A DNA stretch of 64,000 nucleotides from Magallana gigas (Eukaryota): assembly GCF_963853765.1 (NCBI RefSeq), contig NC_088860.1:11284001-11348000 (forward strand). Reading direction: 5' to 3'. Each line of letters opens with the position of its first letter. Position 1 is the first letter of the stretch. The notes below the pieces were generated by a model. The model was not told where the DNA came from, made no database searches, and saw only the letters and a program-made list of their open reading frames with translations. Of the stretch, positions 22,401 through 33,817 are shown one piece after another. The position numbers and the translations under genes were made by a program.

Positions 22401-25400
22401 ATATACTTAAAAAAATGAGTTAAAGTTGGCTTTCTGTAGCAAAATAAGTATTTCATGACAACTGTTTATTTACATGTGCATGTATATCTTATGTAATTAT
22501 GCATTAATCTTTTTAAAGAAACAACTGAGATTGAGGAGAAGTCAAAGGCTGTTCCATCCAAGTTATCACCCAGACAACAGGTTGTCATGGAGTTACTGCA
22601 AACCGAGAAGAACTATGTGGCCATTTTGCATACTATTTTAAATGTAAGCTGTACAAATTGCAGTATGTCTATTAAGTGGACAACTATTGCTCCAACAAAT
22701 CATAAAATATAAAGTCTAGATGCTTGTGTGCATTCATATGCTACACATTAAGCAAGTAAAGTCATTTATATGATATTCTGGAATGCATTTTTCCCTTGTA
22801 ATTAGCACATTAGACTGTCTCAAACATTAAGCCCAATATGTATCAGTAAGGTGTTTAAATTATTTCTAGAAATCATTGTTTCAGGATAACAGAAATCATT
22901 AACTGTCAACATGGCATTACTTTACGTTGTATCGTCATGTTTGTAGGTTTTTAAATCTGAAATAGAGAAACCCAATCAATACCATGGTGCCATTTTGGCT
23001 GCACAAGACATCAAACTAATTTTTGGAAACATTCCTCCCATCTACAAAGTCCACTGTGAAATCAAAGATGAACTGATGGCCCTCATGGAAAACTGGACAG
23101 AAGATTGTCTTGTGGGCCAGGTCATATCACAGCATGTAAGTAGGTCATTTGACTCATTTCAAGAAAGACTGATCAGAAAATAATTCATATGTGGTAAGGA
23201 CAGTTTGGTTGCATCATTAGTTAGATTTTGACACTTGTTTCGATCAGATTTGTCTTCAAACAGTAATTAGAGCAAAAAAAAAATGTTTGCAGTTTCTTTC
23301 TTGATATGTGTTCAGTTGAACATGCACATGTGAGCGTTCACTGGAATTCCCAATCTCTATAACACAATGTGAGCACCTATTCTGCTACGCAGGCCTCTAG
23401 ATAGTCCTCCGTGGTAAATATTGTTTTTACAGTGTTTTATCTATAATTAATTCTGATTGGTTTACTTTTCAGGCTGAAGCCATGCTGAAAGCGTATCCTC
23501 CATTTGTGAATTACTTTGAGCAGACCAAGGAAACCATAACCAAATGTGATAAATCCAATACAAGATTCCATGCTTTCCTCAAGGTAAGATTGATTCACTG
23601 ATTATGCTGTTTGGTGGGTTTTTATTTATAAGCATTTTCTCTGGCACAATGGACTGCCTCAGATTGGGCTCAGAACATGGCCATCAGTCATTTTGGATAT
23701 CACTCCTACCACATTCCATGATTTTCTTCCTATTTTTTTTTTTTTTTTTTGAAAATGGTTTATATCTACAAGTAATCCTTTAAATGTAAGGATGTAGAAT
23801 TTGTCAGAACTCTGTATTTTGATATATATGTGTGTTGTGTATTACAGGTGTGTTGAAGAACTCTTTACTATATGTGTTGTGTGTTACAGGTGTGTCAGAG
23901 TAAGCCTGAGTGTGGGCGTCAGAGTTTGACGGAGCTGTTGATTCGGCCCGTACAGAGACTGCCCAGTGTGTCGCTTCTATTGGGAGGTAATGTCTGATCA
24001 CTGAAATGGTATTGACAAGAAATATTAACTCTTGAAGATTTTAGTATATTTAAGTACCTATATTTAAGTGCAAAATTAATTGTACCAAAAATTATTAAAA
24101 AAACTTGACTGAGTGATGTTACATTTAAAGTCACACAACTTAATGATTTTTAAGAAATCATTAAATCTGTAATAACTGTACTTGGCACTACTGGTAATTT
24201 GATAATTAAATTAATCATATTTGCTGGATCACAGATCACAAGGGCTCAAAAGTGTTGGCCCCAACATATCTAATGTCATCTAGCAAATAAATTTGTGATT
24301 AGTCAACATATCTGCCATTCCTTTTTTTTTAGAAAAATATAGCTGTTTTCTTTTTTGTAGATATTTTAAAGAAAACCAGTCAGGATAACCCAGATTATGA
24401 AAGACTGGAAAATGCAATTGATCTTCTTAAAGAAATTATGACGTAAGCACACTTTTCTTTTCATTGCTAAATGAAGTGTACATCTATGAAATGTACATCT
24501 ATGTATATAGGAATGACACATTTCATGGCTTCTGTTTACAGACATATCAATGAAGATAAAAGGAAAACAGAAAACCAGGTTGTGATGTTTGATATTATGA
24601 ATGAAATTGATAATTGTCCGGTAAGTATTTCTGTTTAGATGCTATTGTATCTAGAATTATTTTAACAAGACCTTGGACTTTCAGTAGGATGTAACCTTTT
24701 ACCTGCATCAAAACAAGTTAAAAATGATGCTGGTTTCAAATGAAATATACAAGGATTGTGTAGTCTTTGCTCAAAAGCCAGACAATTCTTGTTGATATCA
24801 AAGAGCCACAGCTGAGTGGCTAGCAATGCAATTGACAGACCTAAATCACATTGCTGTTTGAGACAACTACCCAAAGTCCAAGCTCTCTTGTTAAAATGGT
24901 TCTGTTGTAAGTTATATTCTTTGCTTTTCTTCTGGTATCTCTAGCTTTAGTAATTTCAAGTTGCTTTACATTTTATTACTAAAAGATTAATTCTATGGCC
25001 TATACTACATGTAATTTGCAATTGTGATTTTGATTCTTAAATCATTTAGAATGATGAATAAAGTCAATGGTAGATAGATTTATGCATTTGCATTACAATT
25101 AAGATGTTCTCAAACATTTATAAATATTTGTGTATGGATTCATATAACACATGTACATATTGTATGTTTATTTCATAGTATTCATAAAGTACTTTTGTTG
25201 TAATGAAGTAGGAGGACTACCGGTACATATTTGTTTATGCCTTTATACTGCAGGCAACAATTTTGTCCTCCCATCGGAGTTTTGTGACGAAGGCTGATGT
25301 GATAGAACTGTCGGACGAGCTGAGTGGACGAAGCTTCCCTCTGTCCTTGTTTCTATTTACAGATACGCTAGAGGTTTGTTGACAATGAATTAATATTTAC

Positions 25401-27821
25401 TGTCAAATTATTAAATTCATGTAGGCCAATTTTTGTGAATTTTTAAAAATGATTGGTTGGGATTTAATTTTGTGGATTTGCTCCTATGTACATGTACAAT
25501 ACTGATAAATACTGAGTTTAATGATTTATTAAAGATGTTAAATTGTGGATAAGGAGTAGCCATGAAATCTTCTAAAATTGAATTACAACAAACTAAATCG
25601 ATTCTGCAGTAAAAAAAAAAAAAAAAAAGATATTAAGTTGAATTGATACATGTTCATGGCTATTTTGTAGGTTTGTTCAGTGTTTCCCACACCTTTACTT
25701 ATGTATGCACATATATTATTAGATCTGTAAGAGGAGAACCAAGCATGGTAGTACTGCCAAGAGCCCCGCCCTCAGGAGGAGTCCCCAGAAGCCATACAAA
25801 CACCTGGGTCTGTTACAACTGAAGACGGTCAAACGGATCATCAACTACAGGGAGTCCGAAGGTAGGGCTGTGTGTAATTAATACACAAGGGGACACTGTA
25901 AGCAGGATGTGTTAGTTTCTGTGAAAAAGAAAGATGGGTTAGTTTGAGTCATTTTTTTCTTTGTTCATGCCATGACTGGAAGAGCAAAACTGTCAGTGTT
26001 TCAATAAGGTCTTTTCTACAGATAAAATGATCATAATTGATTTTAACATATAAAGAATAAAATTTACATATACTTGTATATCAATGATGCTTTGGAATTG
26101 CAGATTGTCAGAACAGTTTCGGAATCATTTTTAAATCACATCCTGATGACAAAGACAAGCTTTACAGTTTCATGGTGGACGAGACGGATGTAAACAAAGT
26201 TCAGTTCCTGACCTCCCTGGCCAAATCAATCGCCCAGACCAAGTGTCTGGCTGATCATGTGAGTGCAATTTGTATGATCTTCTTCTGTGAGCAAGGGGTT
26301 GTCTTTCTCTCCACTTTAATAAAAGATGGCATACATTTGTAGTCTGTTTAGCATCTTTGGTGGAATGTCATGCATACAAACATGTTTGTATGTAATGTAT
26401 GTATGAACTTTCAAAATCAGATCAGTGCTAAAATGTGGATTTATTAATTTCAAATAAATATCATACATACATGTACATTCTAGATGAAATACCAGTTAAA
26501 GACACAGAACTTATGGATATGGATATACAATAATATGCAGACTGCATATCTGTAATATACCGGTTGATTAAAGTGGCTTTGATAGATAAGGTCAAAAGAA
26601 ACTTTACATGTAAAAAATCATGGTATATTACTAAGATATATATAACATTATCAAACACAATTTTTTGTCCACCTTGGGTATTGTGAACAGAACAAACCAG
26701 AGGTTATTTATGCATACGTATTCCGAACTTTATAGCAAGTGTAAGGAATGAACATTGATTTGTGTTTTTTCCTTGATGTGAAATAGGAGGGACTGATCGC
26801 CACAGTGGAGGGGCGGGACCTACAAATCAACACCTCCATCCTGGGGAGGAGCACATTCAGCAGGGCCGCCAAGTACGTTCATTAAGTAGAATAGCAAGTA
26901 CATTTTATCAAAGCATTGTTCCCGTCATTGCTAGAATTATTTTTCTTTTGTGCAATAGATTTGCTACTACAGGTGTAATCTGTGATCATTACTTCACGAG
27001 GTCGATTACTGGATAATTTAACTTGATAAAATATTATTTGCGACAACAAGTGATGAATATTGGTAATGTTTTATTGACAGAATTGGTAAACGAGTCAGTA
27101 GGGCATTTTCCTTCAACAAGACACCCAGTAGATTAAAAAGAGCAGTGTCCAGTGTTCTCAGTCCATTCTCCCACGAAAACAACCACAACACCATCAATGT
27201 GATGGGCACGCCGCGACGTGGTGGTGATCTGTTCAACCGCAGACAGGCCAGCTGTATGGACCTCACTGTAAGTTGTTACCTGTAGACTTAGTAGTACTTT
27301 GATTCTTAATAGACATGTACATCTGTAGCTATAATTACATGTACATGTAGACTTACTCAAATGATACGTTGGTAAGAAACATTTAATTCTAATAAAAGTA
27401 TAAATTTATTGGTGGGGGGGGGTCTACATGATTAATGACATATCTTATAAAATGTTACAGGTATAATCAAAAGGATTGAAAATGAATGCTCTTAGTTTAT
27501 TTTGGGAATTTGAGTGGTGGTTTATCTCAATTATCTCATTTACTGTTTACCAGGAGTGAATTTGAGAATGTTTTTGTTCATAACAGAGTGTCCAGAAAAT
27601 TGCACTACTTTTACCTTACTATCTAGGTTATTTATTGAATTCCATTGTTTGCTTTTCTGTATCTACAGGACTCCATCTCGATGCTGAGTAGCTACCCCAG
27701 CTCTACCACCCTGTACCAGGAGGAGGACACAGTCAGTCTGGGGGCCTACTCCCTCCAGACCCCCATGGAACACTCTAACATGAACGACTACAACAGTCGA
27801 CTCATGAAGCCTCCCAGCTAA
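13494..27821 (+). CDS. ECT2: Protein ECT2 (RhoGEF; BRCT0-BRCT1-BRCT2, DH, PH), ~873 aa
   Basis: Exons 13494-13539 (least certain), 17076-17149, 17551-17730, 17957-18043, 18705-18812, 20782-20880, 21064-21163, 21499-21614, 21709-21771, 22015-22240, 22519-22643, 22947-23135, 23473-23583, 23890-23986, 24361-24442, 24542-24620, 25254-25373, 25723-25861, 26104-26258, 26787-26872, 27081-27267, 27669-27821 read in phase. Motifs: RPLYNTAM, HHMGGSIRRD, LGTPIVKPDWI, ELLQTEKNYV, PECGRQSLTELLIRPVQRLPSVSLLL, HINEDKRK, SRAFSFNKTP. Confidence 0.93.
15621..15802. mobile_element. Degenerate Tc1/mariner-type MITE in ECT2 intron 1
   Basis: Starts TACTGTCAAACT with repeated TTCGAGATATC/GATATCGA subterminal motifs; the right TIR is degenerate. 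Confidence 0.5.
18198..18449. mobile_element. MITE copy 1 (ECT2 intron)
   Basis: 26-bp TIR AGAACCATTTTAACAAGA(C/G)CTTGGAC with TA on both flanks. The internal sequence aligns with the copy at 24652-24903. Confidence 0.8.
18765..20452 (+). repeat. 51-55 bp minisatellite derived from the ECT2 exon 3' end plus 5' splice site, 15 units, interrupted by a MITE
   Basis: The unit CAAAGTCACTCACCGCATAGGGACTGCACAGACGGTCCCAAATACAGG|GTAGGT matches the exon end (KVTHLIADCTDGPKYR) and its donor. Eleven donor-bearing units lie before 19398 and four after 20256. Confidence 0.95.
19399..20255. mobile_element. hAT-type non-autonomous element (857 bp)
   Basis: Perfect 16-bp TIR TAGTGCTGAAACGAAT/ATTCGTTTCAGCACTA, perfect 8-bp TSD ACAAATAC (19391-19398, 20256-20263) and subterminal TTCGAATATTCG repeats. 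Confidence 0.9.
24652..24903. mobile_element. MITE copy 2 (same family as 18198-18449)
   Basis: Colinear similarity throughout, e.g. CTCAAAAGCCAGACAA, AAAGAGCCAC(A/G)GCTGAGTGG and ACAACTACCCAAAGTCCAAGCTC; same orientation as copy 1. Confidence 0.8.
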
Positions 27822-29769
27822 CTGGGCAAAGATATGACAGTGAAATGTCCTAGTCTGTAATCTGACACAAATGAGAAGGGGTGACCAAATGAAGTCAATT
27901 ACTTATATCTCAACTTACAGTCAATCAAGTGGAAAGAAAAAATATATGTTGGGAGTGATATCATTCTTGGTTTACTACCAGCATGTTTTGAATTCTTGTA
28001 CATACGAGTAAAAGTATCTCCACAGAAGTTTAAAGTGCGGTTCAAAGAATATGTTGGCAAAAACGATCGAGTGAGAGTTAACTGAAAAAGTGCTATTTAT
28101 TTTGTAACTGTACAGAACTTGCAATGAAACTTGCACTGTGTGCTCCAGGCGTGGAAGAAACATTTTGGAAGTGGAAGCTAAGAATGTCAAGTGCCTTGTT
28201 TTATGCATAATTAGCAGAGAAATGCTTTAATGATTCCTTCTTTTTTTCTTTCTCTTTTACTTAGATCTGATTGATGTGGTTTTTGTATTTTTAACTGTTT
28301 TTTTAAACAAAAATTGCTTGGTTTTTATTTCTAAAAATATTTCCCCATTTCACATTTTCAAATCTTTATGAGTTAAGAGGTACACATAAAGGTAATTGAT
28401 TTTTGACTGATGTTCCAATTGTTCCAGAATAATAGAATTACAATGTATCTCAGATTTTCTTTTTATTGATGCCCTGAAATGAGATACAGCGTACAATCAC
28501 TTTTAAGTACATGAATGCGAGTTCCTCTCCGTTTTCTGGGGTTGTAAGGTTTAGTGAACTTTATTAAGTAATTGTCTAGACAGTAGCTAGTGTAGACAAA
28601 CAGGAGAACCCAACCTCCCAAGTGAAGTGTAGACAATCGTAAACATGAGCAGTTAACATCCCAAGTTTATAGTCATTCTTTAAAATCTTTGCACTGAACA
28701 TGGTTCCCTCTCAGAGTACAAGAAACATGTATCTACATCTTCTTTCAAGAAGTACAAAATGTATTATGATGTTATTTTAAGTGTAAAGGTGCAAAAGAAC
28801 ATAAGAAGTAGTAAGGAGGTTTGTTTTTCCTCACTATATACATCATAGATTTGTTCATTAGATACAGTTTCAATGTTTTTCTGTGTACAAGTGTATGAAA
28901 ATGCAGTATTCAGATCATTTATCTATGCCTACACCATTATTATCTTTTAAATATTATAAAGTTGGGGATCAAGGTCACATTTGATGTAATCTATCATTTA
29001 CACTGTACATTATTTGTACCGTAACCATTTTTTCTTGTTCTGTGATAGAGTCGACAGGAATCTGCTTTAATTTTTGGTCTACAGCATTGTACAAAAGGTA
29101 GGTCTGTCTTGGTACAGCCTTGGCCAAATCATCTTAGTTTTAAGTATAATGTGATGACAGTCATTTTTACCCCACCCTGTACCTGATGTTTGTTATGTGT
29201 GACAACTGTAAATTATGTAACATAGACATGTAGTCCACAGTGTGATGAGAAAGGTTGTGTATGATGAAGGCAGTGCCATAGCACGCAATGACGTCAGTAA
29301 AGAATGCTAAAACATCAGATGTACCGGTGTTTGTTTCATTTATAAAAAGATCTTATGGTTATCGTTTTTTGACAATTTTGAATTGTATTAGGAAACCTTG
29401 AAAAAAAATACCATGTTGATTGATGAACGGACGATGTTATTCATTGCTGACACAAGGATTGGCATATGGAAACAACTGAATATTAATGCAATATTAAACG
29501 AAAATTCAAGATTTGGACATGATTGAAATAAATGTGAGTCCTAATAAAAAAAAATGCGCAATCCTGAGATACGGAAGAAACAGCACAACACAGTTATGAA
29601 ATACAGTTTAACAACTGCAACAAAGTCAGGTTCCGTCACTTTGATACTCAAGACGTACTTAGAAGCAAACACTCTACATTTCTCCTCTACATTATGAGGA
29701 AATCATTTTCAAATGAAAATGGATGACCAGTATTTATCAGCAGAAGGCTAACCGATATGCATGGTATAC

Positions 29770-29966
29770 GTTTCATGCGCGGATTTAAGGAAGGGGGGGG
29801 GGTCAGGAATCACCCCCTTCTTAGGAAAATTCAAATTTAATGAATTCACATTGTTTAATTTCTGAAACGGACCTTGGACCCGACTGGAAAACAAAATCAT
29901 CCCTTGCCGCCCCCCCCCCCCCCCCCCCTCCACCTTGCAACAATTGTCTAGATCCGCGCACGAAAC
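29770..29966. mobile_element. G/C-tract MITE
   Basis: Imperfect TIR GTTTCATGCGCGGATTTA/TAGATCCGCGCACGAAAC with poly-G and poly-C runs. A related partial copy lies near 31759-31865. Confidence 0.6.
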
Positions 29967-30638
29967 TGGCAACGGGACATATGCACCAGCACATTTTGAA
30001 TTTCCATTGGTTCGTCCGTCTGTCAGAATTATTAGATGAACTCAATGTAGTTAAAAATTCATATTCTTACAGAAGAAAGTAAATAGACGTGGCAGAAACA
30101 ATCAGCATCCTTATGTATATGGTACAGAATGGATTTAACAGGCTACTAAATTTTATTTTATTTTTTTATTTAAGAGGTAGCCAAATCATCCTTTGGAGTG
30201 TGATTGGTGGTTGGTGGTGTTTTGTAGATGTTTACATTGGTTTGAGAATTTTAAATTATGTAATGGTTGATATAATTAGAACTTACAAGTTTAAAATAGC
30301 GGTCTGCCAGTCATGTTTAGAATAGGATTGTTTTGTTTTGTCGATTTGCATTATGGTGCACGAGTTTGATTTTGAAGTTCGTTTTTATTTGGAATAATCA
30401 TACGCTGAAGTAGTGATGGCAACCCATTGCTTCTAGATCTTCAACTATATATTGGAATATACCAGTGACAAATTAAATCAAATGTCGTTTTTTATGTGAA
30501 GAAATGTATAAGGAGAAGTAATAATTAATTGGCTTGCACGACAATTATTTAAACATTAACTAAATTTGATTTGGTCCGAGGTCTTTGAAGGTCAAGCGTG
30601 TTTGAAATTATTTAGAGCTGTTGTCATCATAGAAATGC

Positions 30639-30798
30639 ATAACCTGTAGATACAATAGACGAGCATTGTCTGAAATCTATAACCTGTAGATACAATAGAC
30701 GAGCATTGTCTGAAATCTATAACCTGTAGATACAATAGACGAGCATTGTCTGAAATCTATAACCTGTAGATACAATAGACGAGCATTGTCTGAAATCT
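30639..30798. repeat. Perfect 40-bp tandem repeat, 4 copies
   Basis: ATAACCTGTAGATACAATAGACGAGCATTGTCTGAAATCT; AACCTGTAGA occurs at 30641, 30681, 30721 and 30761. Confidence 0.95.
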
Positions 30799-33387
30799 GT
30801 TGACGATCTTACATTAGCCCCTGTGTCCTCGGCGACGACAAACGAGCATGGTCGCCGCGCTAATACCAGTGCCCCTGCCAAAAGTAGTATCAATATTACA
30901 TTGGGAAGGAAGGAATTGCCTGTGTCTTATTATATGTCAATAGTTTTGGCAAAAACAGTATCTGCTTATTATAGTCCATTCCCTTGACCTTCGCCGGTCG
31001 CTCTGAAGGTCAAGGTTATGGCAATATTATGGATGAAGTGCATGTCCAGTTTGGCGCTATGCCTGGTTCGGTTTATACATATAATACAATGCAAAGTAAC
31101 TGGTGATTGGGGTAAATATGTATCCAACGAGGTTGGACGCCCTTCCCAAGTCAAGGGTCCGATCCGCTCCGCTGTAGTATATGTAGAGTGGAGCGGATCA
31201 GAAACCCCGGCTTAACTTGGGAAGATGGCTGGACACAAGCCCATACCATTTGCTGTTACTATATATTTGCCCAATTTTTTATGCCAATGTTATATATATA
31301 AGTGTATGTATACATAATAAACCAACAACTTTTAGAGCACTCTAAAGGCTACATCTCCCTGCAAGACATATGCATGCAGTCACATTGAAGCCTATCGCTT
31401 GAGGATGCAGGCATTTTTCCGGAGAGTTGGGCTTGTTTTCTGAGGAGACATTTTAGTGAGGCAAATCCATTGCGACCGGAGGTCCAGGGGCCGCCTTAAG
31501 CCCTATCAGGTCGAGGACAGAGCCCTGGTTGGGGATTCAAAGGGGGGGGGGGAGCATATTTGTCCTGGACAGTAATTTAACCGATTACATCATAGAAGTC
31601 TTAGGCATGCTTGTACTACATAACAGGGATTTACTAGTAGAAAAGATGTTTGTTTTAACCGAAGCAAGTGTAGGGCATTAATTTATTTCGAAACTGTGTT
31701 GTGTTTAAAGATTATAAAATTATTTATTGGTTTATATGATAATGTTTTTTTTTAAGTACATGCACCCGCAGATCTAGGATGGGGGGGGGGGGTAGGGGGC
31801 TCAAGCCCCCTCTCCCCTGCAAAATTCAAATTTCTTTATATGCCTCAGACCCCCCTCCCCCCGGCCATCAGTTTTTAGAACGCAGTTCGCTCTTCGCAGT
31901 TAGGTAGAGGTATGAGGTATGAAATTTCCAGGGTCATCTAGAACGCAGTTCGCAATTCAAAATTTATAATTCATAATTAATGTATGAAATCTCCAGGGTC
32001 ATCTACTGGTGGTATAGCATTAGCGCCTTAAAATATGGTGGAGTGGTCATCTATAGTTTTTGAGATTCGGGCTAATCTGCAATTGAAAAGTGAACTGCGT
32101 TCTGGAACGCAGTTCGCAATTCAAAAATCTAAGTGATATGTAATCTAACTTTCCTCTTTTTTTTCAAATCTATTGTATAAAGTGTTTACGTATATAGTGT
32201 ATATATGAACTGGTAGTTCTTGATATTAATTAATAAAAGATAATCGACGATTTCCGTAGTTTGTGTACTGACACCGAGAGTCTCGAACATTTGCCGATCC
32301 ACACAACAAAATAGCCTACGGAAATTCTTTCAAGTTATCACATGTAGTATTTCAAATGGAACCCTCATCAAAACAGCACAAATACTAAAGTGTTTTATTT
32401 TGTTCGTGGCTTTGTGATAAAAAAAAAATTGCTTATTTTTTGCATACAGGGTCACAAAAATGTGTGCATTTCAATAAACAATGGTACTCTCTGTAAAATG
32501 AGTTAAGGAGTTGAAGACAGGAATTGGTGGTTGGAGGGGGGGGGGGGGGGGCTTTCACGTATTGTTTAGCCTCGTAAGTGCGCCACTTTTCAACACTTAT
32601 TGTATAACTACTTCCATGTACAACAACAATCACCTTGCTTACAGGATCGATGTCTTTACTTTATCTGTTTGTTTGAAGTGTTGTTTGGCTTATCTCTCAA
32701 TTTCTTTTGACAGTTTTGTTGAAATTATTGTTTTGAAAATGCTAATGCCAAGTGTATTGACCTCCACAAACCACATCCATTGAATTCCCGAGATTGTAGG
32801 AGAACCTGTGGTTTCTAGGATCCCATTCAGTCGGGGAAGAGTAATAACACAGAGAAACAGTAAACGGCGCATATATTAAGAAACTCTAAGTCTTTAACAT
32901 CTCTTTAATTTCAAATAAAATCTTATTTTTGCAGTTTGATAAGGTCTTTACTTTATATTTATGAGTGCAAGTTAAAGTTCATAATATTCATTCATTAATC
33001 GTTTTGTTTCATTCCTGTCCCGGTAATGAAGGATTTTTTTTAATAGAATGCTTATTTCGACGACTCTATGCAGCTAAGTTCGAATAACTTGTAGAGTTCT
33101 AGGGGGTTTTTTCCAAGTGTAAATATAAAAAATTAAAAATAATTTACAATTTTTGAATTATTTTAAAATTAGAATTGTGTATATATACGTGGATATAAGT
33201 AAAACTCTAATGTACTAATTTGAATTTTTTTTTTTTTATCTAAAACTGTTAATTTTGTGATATAATTTTGATATATAGATATACAAATTATACTGTATAT
33301 TTTTTTTAAATTTTTTTGTGTAGTGTTTCACATATACAAGTATATAGATTCAATTTCCTTCCATAGTCATAAGACTTTGACATGTGT

Positions 33388-33391
33388 TTTA

Positions 33392-33467
<76 letters not shown>
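33388..33467. repeat. (TA)n microsatellite, ~40 units
   Basis: Uninterrupted TATATA run about 350 bp upstream of the DUF885 gene ATG. Confidence 0.95.
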
Positions 33468-33469
<2 letters not shown>

Positions 33470-33817
33470 TAAAATTATGAAGTCATTTAAATATAATTTG
33501 AATTATAATCAAACACAACAAATGATACATAAATCAAACTGTAAGACTTTTACAATGTAGTTGCTTTACTCTTTTTAATTTAATTAGAAATAATTTTTAA
33601 ATTCGAACACGCAGTGAATGAACATACATATAAAAGAAGCGTCCTGAACCTAATTGCCCCTAAAAAAACCAGTGTTGCATTTTGCATAACAAAAACATCA
33701 CACCTTGTTATCCAATCATTTCACAGCTCTGCTGGAGGGAGATACATGTAGAAATGACTTAATACCGGTACAGAGGGTGAATTTGGCCACTACCTGCCGC
33801 GGTAACCAAAGCCAAGG

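Noticed and set aside
32690-32872. 60-aa ORF with a signal-peptide-like start (MRRLLFLCVITLP)
   Set aside because: It is short and has no motif or splice support, so it cannot be distinguished from chance.
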